This document shows positions 54,090 through 64,000 of a DNA stretch of 64,000 nt, piece after piece. Source of the DNA: Octopus vulgaris (taxonomy: Eukaryota); contig OX597834.1 in NCBI GenBank assembly GCA_951406725.2, positions 31,062,001-31,126,000 of the forward strand. The letters run 5' to 3'. The notes beneath the pieces are model-generated. The model was not told the DNA's origin, searched no databases, and saw nothing but the letters and a program-made list of their open reading frames with translations. Numbering within the stretch: position 1 is the stretch's first letter; every line of letters begins with the position of its first letter. A program made the position numbers and the translations under genes.

Positions 54090-54330
54090 AATGCAGCTTT
54101 TCCATGCTAGATTTCCCTATCTTCCAGAACAGTCTTCATATCCTCAACTGATATCCAGTGACTTCTACAAGTGGATCCAGTTCTGCCCTTCTCTGTCTGC
54201 TAATTCCTACATGTCCATGTGTGGATTTCTAGAAAAGGAGACCCATAGATATTTCTTCCTTGTTTCTCCAGCTGTGTTCTCCATCCTGTGTTCCTCTTGC
54301 TTTGATTAACCAAATTGATGGCAAGAAGAC
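54090..54330 (-). mobile_element. Decayed RTE/RTE-X LINE 3' fragment
   Basis: Minus translation ..GEHSWRNKEEISMGLLF*KSTHGHVGISRQRRAELDPLVEVTG.. resembles the RTE ORF C-terminus (GH.WR..E....LL.W.P.HG...GRP....D). Confidence 0.5.
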
Positions 54331-54677
54331 TTGCCATACAGTTGCAGCTTCGTAGGGTGCTGCTGCCAAGACAGATCGAGAACTGCATGACACATTGTCA
54401 CGTATGCACTGCCAAGCTTCATTTCAAGTCTCTTGTTCAGTGTTCTTGCAGGAGAACCTCAGAGAAGTACTGATCCGATGAATGATTTGAAGAAACACCA
54501 CTTCATGTTTTCAGCAATTGGGTGGAGCTTCTATTTTATTTCTATGTATAAAAATAGAATCCAGGAGTTGGAAATTGGCATAAATTGTTATTGTTCCTTA
54601 TTGTATACTGTCCACTTTCTGTTCTCTCTACCTTTGACTCACAGCTTACCTACTTTGTAATTCTGAGCCTATATATA

Positions 54678-55250
54678 CAGGGTGCGGTGAATATATTGCT
54701 GTCTAAATTACACAAAAATGAAAATAATGCTGACATCTCATTTTAACAGATATATTTACCAAAATTACAGAAAAACATCTTGAAATACTAAAGCTTCAAC
54801 CACAGCCTCCAGACGACTTCAGAATCTCCTGCAACTCTTCTGGATGCTCTTGTTTAAATTGGTGAATGCTGCCATAATCCTTGCCTTCAGTTCATCTTTG
54901 GTGTTACAAGGAGTTTTGTTGGTCTCTCACTCGACTCCGACCCACACATAATAGTCAAGGGGTTTGCAGTCTGGGGAGTTAGGTGGCCAGATGTTAGGGG
55001 TAATGTGGTTGCAGGAATTGTTTGACAGCTATGACTAGGTTCTCCTGCTTGTGCGGTATGGTGCAGAGTCCTGTTGCCAGACATAGGGTCTCCCAGCAGC
55101 CACCCTCTTGACCCAGGGCAGCACTACCTCCTTCAGGAACTTGATGTAGGCTTCTGTGTTGAGTCTGAGGCCATGTAGGAAGGTGAATGAAGGCATAGTG
55201 TCATCACTAGTGATCACTCCAAACACCATGATATTGACTGGATGTTTGAT
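54678..55250 (-). pseudogene. DD37D (maT/Bmmar1-like) Tc1-mariner transposase relic with one TIR
   Basis: MVFGVITSD..YVWQQDSAP..WPPNSPDCKPLDYYVW..LKARIMAAF. 37 residues between the second and third catalytic D, four in-frame stops, TA|CAGGGTG terminus at 54678. Confidence 0.9.
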
Positions 55251-55467
55251 ATTTATCCCTATTGGTACATGTCCTCAGATTGCACTGTCCTCAAATTGAC
55301 ACCCAAATACTCTGACACGCTAACCACTGAGCCAATACACTTTCACATGAGTCAGATACACACACACACACATATGAGTACTGTAGTTTGCTTAAAGCAT
55401 TGTAATATCAAGGAATGTAAAAAGAGAGAAAATAGAAAGCTTCTGACAATGTAGAAGGTTTAATAAA

Positions 55468-55507
55468 ACCTTTATATTTCAGGCACAAAGGCCCACCTTC
55501 AGAAGAA
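55468..55507 (-). ncRNA. Minimal hammerhead motif (A9G)
   Basis: TCTT-CTGAAGG-T-GGGC-CTTTGT-GCCT-GAAA-TA-TA-AAGG. Confidence 0.5.
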
Positions 55508-55631
55508 AAGAAGGGTCTGAGAAAAGTCCAGTTATGTAAGTTCCATTGAAATTCCCTAATGTTGCATAACATTAGAGAATTTCAGTGGGTTAACAGAACC
55601 TACATGACTGGACTTTTCTCAGACTCTTCTT

Positions 55632-55671
55632 GTCTTCTGAAGGTGGGCCTTTGTGCCTGAAATATTAAGGT
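55632..55671 (+). ncRNA. Minimal hammerhead motif (A9G)
   Basis: GTCTT-CTGAAGG-T-GGGC-CTTTGT-GCCT-GAAA-TA-TT-AAGGT. Confidence 0.5.
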
Positions 55672-55835
55672 CTTCTTAAACTTTCTGCATTGTCAGAAGC
55701 TTTCTATTTTCCCTTTTTTACATACCTCGATATATCTATCTCTCTATATATTCAGAATTATATATTCACTTTTACTTGTTTTAGGCATTCAAATGTGGCC
55801 ATGCTGAGGCCCTGCCTTGATAAGGACATTTGCTT

Positions 55836-56056
55836 AGGGGGTACAAATCCAGGTCCAAAATTTTTTTACAAACAAGGTTGATGTTTTCAATCTTAATATC
55901 TCAACAAACAAAAATTTGTACATCAATGAAACCAGATAAATCCCAAAATGGGAAAAATCCTGTTTCAAATCAGTCCAAGAACATTTCTAGGCTTATTTGT
56001 TTTGGTGATGAAGTTCTTCAGGAGGGATGTTCAAAGTGTTTGATTTGTACCCCTTC
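55836..56056. mobile_element. Small MITE with 12-bp TIRs
   Basis: GGGGTACAAATC (55838-49) / GATTTGTACCCC (56042-53). Confidence 0.55.
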
Positions 56057-56832
56057 TTACTAAAATAAAAAAAAAAATTTAGGTGGTGCGTTGATACCCC
56101 TTGTACCCCTGTTCCCAAGGCTGTGGCCATGCCTGTTCCTATACAACCAAGGAAGAGAAATCCCAATCCATATAGTAGCTTATTAAACTTACTCAAAAGG
56201 TTAAGCTTTGCTCTGTTGTTAATCTCCATATTTCTCTCTGTTCTCCGAGGTAAGAAAAAGTTGAAGAGTAACAGCTGTCTGTGTGTAGAAAGCTACATTA
56301 GCTGACAACTCGCTCACTATGAACCACTGGAGTGAGTAGAGCGGAGCTAGTTACTAAGCACTTAACCAACTGTCTAGCCCTTTCACCCCCCTCTCTCAAC
56401 ACCACAAACCATGTCTTGTCTTATTCCATAAAATATTTTATCTGTTTTTTTATTATTCTTTTTACCGTTATTTTTTTTTGTCTTGAAGCAAAAAAAAAAG
56501 AACTCAACCAAAAACAAACACATTTTAGCTGGGTTGACTGAAAAGCATCAAGAAAGTGTCTGTTAGTAGTAGTGGTGGTGGTGGTGGTGATACTAATAAT
56601 AATAATTACTTGGGAATAACACAATGTGTCGTCTTGTAGGATTGAACCTAGTGACCTACAATTGAAAGTGATTCCGACTTCTTAATCGCACTCAATCAGT
56701 GGAGCTCACCTAAATGGTAGGTTTGGATTTAACGAGTGACACAGAGAGAAAGTGAGAAAGAAACTATATATATCTATATATATACATATATATATATATA
56801 TATCTATATATATACATATATGTATATATATG

Positions 56833-56898
<66 letters not shown>

Positions 56899-57160
56899 AT
56901 ACATATATATATATACACACATACATACATATATATATATATACATATATCTACACACATAAATGCCAATATATACATGCCTTTATATATATATATATAT
57001 ATATATAAATGTATTTAGAGAGAGAGAGAAAGAGTGTATATAATCATACACATATATGTATATGTGTATGTATGTGTGTGTATATATATATATATGTATA
57101 TATGTATGTGTGTGTGTATATATATATATGTATGTATTTATGTATGTATGTGTGTGTGTG

Positions 57161-57207
<47 letters not shown>

Positions 57208-58255
57208 GTATATGACAGCCAGACACAGACTGTGCACTGAAAACCATTTGATGGAATGTCTTGGAGTGTTCTAAACCAACCAACTTAGTTCTATTTGGTA
57301 GGAATTTTGACCAGAAGACAGCCACTTTTCTCCTTCGCTCTCCCACCCCCCACAAACAGCTGACTCAGCTGTTTACCTCACCATCTTTCATTTCTTCTTT
57401 CTCCTTTCTATCTTCCTCTCTTCTCTTTCTTCTTGCTTTTCTGTTTTTTTTCTTTCTTCTTCCTTCTCCCTTCCCTTTTTTTCTTTCTTTCTTTCTCTGT
57501 TTTCTTTTTTATTTCTTTTTTTCTTGCTCGCTTACTCCTTCCCTCTTTCTTTATCTCTCCCCACCACTCTCTCTCTTCCGCTTTTTCTCTTTCCTTCCCT
57601 TCTTTCTCTATATCTCCCATCCTCTCTCTCTTTCCTTCTCTCCTTTTTTCTTTATCTTTCTTTCTCATCCTCTCTCTCTTTAACTCTCCCTCATTCGTTT
57701 TCTCTTTTTCTTTTCCGTTTTATCCCCCCCCCCCCCCTTCATCTCCCCACCCCCGGACCAGTGTTTAAGGACCTTGGGCTCATAATCATAAAAATGACGA
57801 GTTTGATCCCAAGGATTGCGTGGTGCACGGTCCTTGAGCAAGGCCCTTCATTTCACATCGCTTCAGTTGACTCAGCTATTACTCAGAGTGGTGACACAGT
57901 CCTCCTTTCCCCCCTACCTCCACCTCAACTCCAGCTTTCACATCCGGCTGTTCTTTTGGCTCATGGATGGTGGGGGCAGCTGACAGGTTGCCTACGTCAT
58001 CTTCCCACAAAGTACACAGGCACTCATGGCAGTCACAGAAATCATAGAATGGTGCTATGAAGACGTACTTGCTTGTGAGTGATGACTGTTTGTTGTTGGA
58101 GATGATAGTGTTGCTTAGACCATTGGTAAAAAAAAATGCTTTGCACCCTTTGATGTGGGTCTTTATGTCCTGAGCTCAAATCCTGCTGAGGTTATCATGG
58201 CATTTTATCATTTTTGGTTCGGTAAAAAAAAAAAAGTAGCTGTCAAGGACAAAAG

Positions 58256-58488
58256 AAGGTGGCGAGCTGGCAGAAACGTTAGCACGCCGGGCGAAATGTG
58301 TTGCCGTATTTCGTCTGCCGTTACGTTCCGAGTTCAAATTCCGCCGAGGTCAACATTGCCTTTCATCCTTTCAGGGTCGATAAATTAAGTACAAGTTACG
58401 CACTGAGGTCGATATAATCAACTTAATCCGTTTGTCTGTCCTTGTTTGTCTCTTCTGTGTTTAGCCCCTTGTGGGTAGTAAAGAAATA
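58256..58488 (+). mobile_element. SINE family A
   Basis: Full-length match to the 21646/32011 copies. Confidence 0.85.
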
Positions 58489-58799
58489 TATTTCCCTTCT
58501 TGCTCTTCTGCCTTACTCAGAAACCATTATTATTAAGGCAAGAACCTTCAGCAGAATCTTTAGCAAACCAGGCAAAACCCTTTGTGGCATTTCTTCCAGC
58601 TCTTTACATTCTGAGTTCAAATTTCACTGAAGTTGACTTCCATCTTTTTGGGGGTCAATGAAATAAGTACCTGTTGAATACTAGGGTCGATATAACAAAC
58701 TAGCTCTACCTTCCCCCCCACCCCCACCACCAACCCACCAAAATTTCAGGCCTTGTGTTTATACTAGAAAGGATTATTATTATTATTATTATTATTGAG

Positions 58800-59116
58800 T
58801 GGGAGAGCTGTGCATGCCATCAAAGTGACACTGGGATAAAATATACAAAGCCCAATATACCCATCATGACCACCCGTTTGATAAGGGTGCACTAGGCACA
58901 TGCATCACAACCATATGTGCACAACATGGTGATCTCATATCAAGATAAACAGCACATGGCATTGCAGGTAGGGCCCAGTTAGAATTTTCTTCTGGTCAAG
59001 TAATCCATCCCGCTCAAAAGGTCCCTGAATAAGGGTTGTTTAAGGATGTTGAACGAAACAGCCATGTTTCCAGAGGTGAATTATTCAAACTCCAAAGAAT
59101 CCCTCTCAACACATGG

Positions 59117-59117
<1 letters not shown>
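58800..59117 (+). mobile_element. Family D repeat inserted in (ATT)n
   Basis: Matches the reverse complement of 34985-35335; ATT runs on both sides. Confidence 0.8.
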
Positions 59118-59158
<41 letters not shown>

Positions 59159-59656
59159 TGTGTGCAGATTACTTGACAGTTGTGAGTGCAACCCTCATAC
59201 AAGCTGTGTCGTTTGTTTCTAATATTCTACAGAAGCCAGTCTGGCCATTGGGAAATATTGCCTTGCTTGGAAACAGGTGAGGATTGGAGACAGGAATGGC
59301 ATCTGGCCTTAGAAAATCTGCTTCAACAAATTTTCTCTGAGCCATGCAAGCATGGAAAAGGGGGCATTAAAATGATGATGATGACGTGTTTGTGTGTAGG
59401 TGCAATCCCATGGTCATTCCTGACTGAAGGGAGTCCTTATATATATTCTTTTATTCTTTTATTCATATGACTGCCATGCTGGGGCACCACCTTTAGTCGA
59501 ACAAATCGACCCTAGGACTTACTCTTTGTAAGCCTAGTACTTATTCTATTAGTCTCTTTTGCCAAAGTGCTAAGTTACGGGGACATAAACACACCAACAT
59601 TGGTTGTAAAGCGATAGTGTGGGGACAAACATAGACACAAATAACAAACACACATA

Positions 59657-59699
<43 letters not shown>

Positions 59700-59748
59700 C
59701 GGGCTTCTTTCAGTTTCCGTCTGATATATACATCATCATCATCCATGT

Positions 59749-59853
59749 TGTTGCCTGATGAGTTGGTAGCTTATCTAACATATTACACAATCTAATTAAT
59801 TGTATTCTGCTTACATCAAAATGAAAACTCCTAACGAAACAACTGTAGCAATA
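59749..59853 (+). ncRNA. Type I hammerhead ribozyme, canonical core, sense to the putative host intron
   Basis: TGTTGC-CTGATGA-GTTGG-[64 nt]-CTAAC-GAAA-CAACTG-TA-GCAATA. 6-bp stem I, 5-bp stem II, GUA triplet (cut after 59847). Confidence 0.82.
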
Positions 59854-59881
59854 CTGAGTATATAAGTGCATGTATGTATAT

Positions 59882-59927
<46 letters not shown>

Positions 59928-60690
59928 ACACACACACATGCACACACATATATTACACTCACACACACATTTTCTCTCCACAGTATCAAGTTCCTCAAAT
60001 TTGGTTTGTGAGGCGTTTATCGATCTGCAGCCATGGTGGAAGACACCGACACCCACCATCAGCTGCACACTCCACCCCAGCCCCCCAGTGGGACTGAACC
60101 TAGATTCCCACAGTCGTAAAGCAGGACCTCCTAACCACACACCCAAGTAACCTTATAACTTTATCTCCACATCCAATAGTCTTACCTCAGCATTTGCTGC
60201 TCTTCTCCTTACATGAGTGGCTTACATAAATCTAACCTTATTATTATCTGGTTTCCCCCTCCCCCCCCATTCTAATCTCCAAAATGTTGTAGTGTTGTTG
60301 TTGTTGTTGTTTTGTTGTGGTGTTATTTTCCCTCCCACCTTTGTTTGTTCGACTGTTTGTTTTCGATTTAGTATTGTTATTGTTGTTTTTTTTATAAACT
60401 ATACTTCATACCTATAAATATTTCTTTTATCTCGTAATATTTGATTGAAATCTAGTTCAAATTTGACTTGGTTGTGTGTGTATGTGTGTGTGTGTAAGAG
60501 AGAGATAGAGAGAGGGTACGTGTGTGTGTGTTTGAGGGAGAGTGTGAGAAAGAGATAGTGTTTGTGTGTGTAGGTATGTGTGTGTTTGAAAGAGTGTGTC
60601 TGTGTGAGAGAGAGAAAGAGAGTGTGTATGTGTGGGGAAAGAAAAAGTGTAAGTTTATATGTGACAGAGAGAGCCGGATGTATGTGTCTG

Positions 60691-60734
<44 letters not shown>

Positions 60735-62696
60735 AGGTTTTGTGTGTGTGTTTTTGTGTATGCAAGGGTAAAGAGAGAGGGAGCATGTGTGTTTAATCTA
60801 TTTTAAGATTCCTCCTATTTTTAACTCGTTAAGGGGTTAATACAAATGTTTACTCGGATCTAAGTTTTACTTATCAAAAACAATAATAATAATCCTTTCT
60901 ATTAAAGGTACAAGGCCTGAAATTTATGGGTGGAGGGCAAGTTGATTCCATCGACCTCAGTGTTTCACAGGTACTTAATTTATTGACCCCGAAAGGATGA
61001 AAGGCAAAGTCAACCTCTGGTGGTATTTGAACTCAGAACGTGAAAATGCTGCTAAGCATTTTGTCTGGCATGCTAACGATTCTGCCAGCTTGGTGCCTAA
61101 TAATAATAATTCTTTCTACTAAAGGCACAAAGTCTAAAATATCAAAATAAAAATTAAATGGAAATTGTAGTTAAGATACCCGTTCCGGTGGCATGTAAAA
61201 AAACACCATTCGAACGTGGCCGATGCCAGTGCCGCCTTGACTGGAGTCCATGCTGACCCCCAGTGCTCAACCAGTACTTATTTTATTGACCCCCCCCAAA
61301 AGAATGAACGGCAAAGTTGACCTCGGCAGAATTTGAACTAGGAATGTAGCAATGAGTGAAATACTGTTAAGCGTTATTATAATAAAAACAATAATAACAA
61401 TTTCAAATTTTACCACAAGGGCAGCAATTTTGGGGAAGGGGTTGAGTCAATCACATCGACCCTCAATGTTCAACTGGTTCTTATTTTATCGACCCCGAAA
61501 GGATGAAAGGCAAAGTTGACCTCAGCAGAATTTGAACTCAGAACATAAAGACAGAAACAATACTGCTGTTTTGTTTGGTGTGCTAATGATTCTGCCCTGC
61601 ACAAACCAACCATGTTGAGGAAATGGCTAAGTCAATTACATTGACCCCTTCCGATTCCTATTCTATTCGGGTGGACCCTCATAGCCATTCAATGTTGAAA
61701 AAAAAATCTAATTATATTTTATTAGAATTGAATATTATTCAGAATTGTATTGCAAAATGCAGAAATATTTTGTGTGTTGTAGAAGCGCAACCAGTTTTGG
61801 ATTGGGTTTGATTGCCTCTGTTCTTTCAGCCCATTGAAGGACGAAGGCCTCAGCACGTTCTCTCTACCCAACCACAGTCTGATGTGGAGGTCATGAATTT
61901 TTGAGCTTAAGATCCTACTGGATTGCTCAGCCTGCTCTGCAACACTGTCTCAACATTACTTCATAGAGGACAACCTGTTGGGTGCACATAAATTCTAACA
62001 GCAAAATCTTATGTGGACCCCCACCTAGGGTCATATGGGTTCCAGGTGAAAATCACTACTAGAGATAGACAGACAGACAGACAAGTGATGTTAATGATGA
62101 TGATGGGGGTGGTGTTAATGATGAAGTTGAATAGAGAGGAAAACATAAAAGGGGAAGGATGTGGGCCTGTTCTATTGCATCATTCAAGTTTGTCTCTTTT
62201 TTCCTACCCCTCTTCACACCTCCCACCCCACTCACTCACCCACAGTTGGATCGACCCACCCCTTCCACCTCCACTCGCCACCAATCACCTACATATAATA
62301 TAATGATATAAAATACGCTCTCCAACCACTTCAAGTGGAGGTCATATTGTTTCTCAAGTGCCCCTGAGTCTGAAATGCCAAAAACAAAAGAAAGAAAGAA
62401 AAGAAAGGAAGAGAAGAACTAAGATCAAATATGATTATTTGATGCCATATAAAAGGTATTATTTATTTATTTATTTATTTGTAGCAGATGTGGGAATTGT
62501 GAATCTGAGGGGCAGACAAGAATGTCATAAATGAGGCTTCAAAAAAATAAACAAAACAAAAAACCTATTGAAGTCCCCCTCCCCCACAAAGCTACACCTC
62601 TCCTCTCTCTCTTTCTCTCTCTCCCCATTTCTCCCTTTTTACTTGCTTCTCTCTCTCCTCTTATTATCCTTTAATCTTAAACTTATATTCATATGC

Positions 62697-62943
62697 GTGG
62701 CACGTAAAAAGCACCATCCGATCGTGGCCGTTTGCCAGCCTTGTCTGGCACCTGTGCAGGTGGCACGTAAAAAGCACCCACTACACTCACCGAGTGGTTG
62801 GCGTTAGGAAGGGCATCCAGCCGTAGAAACACTGCCAGATCAGACTGGAGCCTGGTGCAGCCTTCTGGCTTCCCAGACCCCAGTTGAACCGTCCAACCCA
62901 TGCTAGCATGGAAAACGGACGTTAAACGAATGATGATGATGAT
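62697..62943 (+). mobile_element. Family C retroposon
   Basis: Two GGCACGTAAAAAGCACC units followed by the RTE-type tail and (GAT)n. Confidence 0.8.
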
Positions 62944-63064
62944 TCCTGAGCTTAAACTTTGCTATGGTTAATGTTTCCTTTTCAGATATTAGGGGTCGCT
63001 TTAGTCAATCAGCCCCCTGCTATCAATTCTGTGACCTTCATGCCAAAGTTAGAAATACATTCTG

Positions 63065-63420
63065 TGCTTGTATTGCTGTGCGATTAATAAGCTTGCTTTG
63101 CAGCCATGTGATTTTCGTTTCAGTCCCACTGTGTGGCACCTTGTGCAAGTATCTTCTACTATAGCCCTGGGCCAACCAATACCTTGTAAGCGTGGATTTG
63201 ATTGCCCATTGTGTATGTATGCTTTTATGTTTGCCCCCACCCCCAATTTAATGATGTTGGTTTATTTCAGTCCCCATAACTTAGTGGTTCAGCCAGAGAT
63301 ACTGACAGAGTACGCACCAGACTTAAAAATAAGTACTGGGGTTCGCTTATTCAACTAAAACCCTTCAAGGTTCTGCCCCAGCATGACCACAGTCCAGTAA
63401 CTAAAACAAGTAAAAGATGG
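63065..63420 (+). mobile_element. Old SINE family B copy
   Basis: Diverged head, core and tail (CAGTCCCACTGTGTGGCACCTTG..CCCCATAACTTAGTGGTTCAG..AACAAGTAAAAGA). Confidence 0.7.
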
Positions 63421-63677
63421 AAGATAGTGTGTGTATATGTGTGTGTATATATCTACATATAATGGTGTATATAAAACACTATTATTGTATAGCATTTTAA
63501 ACACATTACATCGTGTCACTGTACTATTTGCACTCTTATCTATACATCATGTAATATGACAGTCCTGTTATGTATACATTGAAGTACAGTGACTTTGCTG
63601 TTGTATATACATTATATACACAGACCTTGTGCTCTTATATGGCTATTATACATAGTGTCACTATATTATAAACACAC

Positions 63678-63917
63678 AAGGTGGCGAGCTGGCAGAATCG
63701 TTAGCACACCGGGCAAAATGCTTAGCAGTATTTCATCTGCCGTTATGTCCTGAGTTCAAATTCCGCCGAGGTCGACTTTGCCTTTCATCCTTTCGGGGTC
63801 GATTAAATAAGTACCAGTTACGCACTGGGGTCAATGTAATCGACTTAATCTCTTTGTCTGTCCTTGTTTGTCCCCTTTATGCTTAGCCCCCCCTGCCCCG
63901 TGGGCAATAAAGAAATA
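63678..63917 (+). mobile_element. SINE family A with TSD
   Basis: Full-length copy with TSD TATAA(A/G)CACAC. Confidence 0.85.
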
Positions 63918-64000
63918 TATAAGCACACACATACACACACACACACACATACACATCATCACTATAAGTGCTGCAGTGTGTGCATGTGTGAAGGTGCTTG

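Larger units (their letters stand above)
55405..55734. repeat. Fold-back palindrome (~160 bp arms, centre ~55565) carrying two hammerhead motifs
   Basis: GAAAATAGAAAGCTTCTGACAATG.. mirrors ..CATTGTCAGAAGCTTTCTATTTTC; centre is CTAATGTT-GCAT-AACATTAG. Confidence 0.9.

Overview
Repeat-dominated, AT-rich animal genomic DNA. The microsatellite load and SINE families suggest a cephalopod, probably Octopus; this is an inference from recalled repeat families, not a database search. The only supportable host gene element is a + strand promoter (NF-Y and NRF1-type sites) with a first coding exon at 6981-7122 (poly-Ala N-terminus, AAG|GTAAGT donor). No further coding exon was found in the remaining ~57 kb, so that stretch is probably one very large intron. 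It holds tRNA-derived SINEs, Helitrons, hAT/Tc1-mariner MITEs, decayed R4/Dong, Tx1 and RTE LINE fragments and a DD37D (maT) transposase relic. Nearly all ORFs in the supplied track are microsatellite artefacts. The main finding is about ten type-I hammerhead ribozyme motifs in short, mutually unrelated elements, most flanked by (TA)n or other simple repeats. Three are fully canonical (68-158 minus, 42308-42396 minus, 59749-59853 plus), and one core variant sits inside a long competing hairpin (22300-22349). The canonical ones combine a 46-64 nt loop in stem II with an 8-nt (near-)palindromic stem III. Two pairs are arranged as large fold-back palindromes, resembling Penelope-like pLTR or retrozyme remnants.
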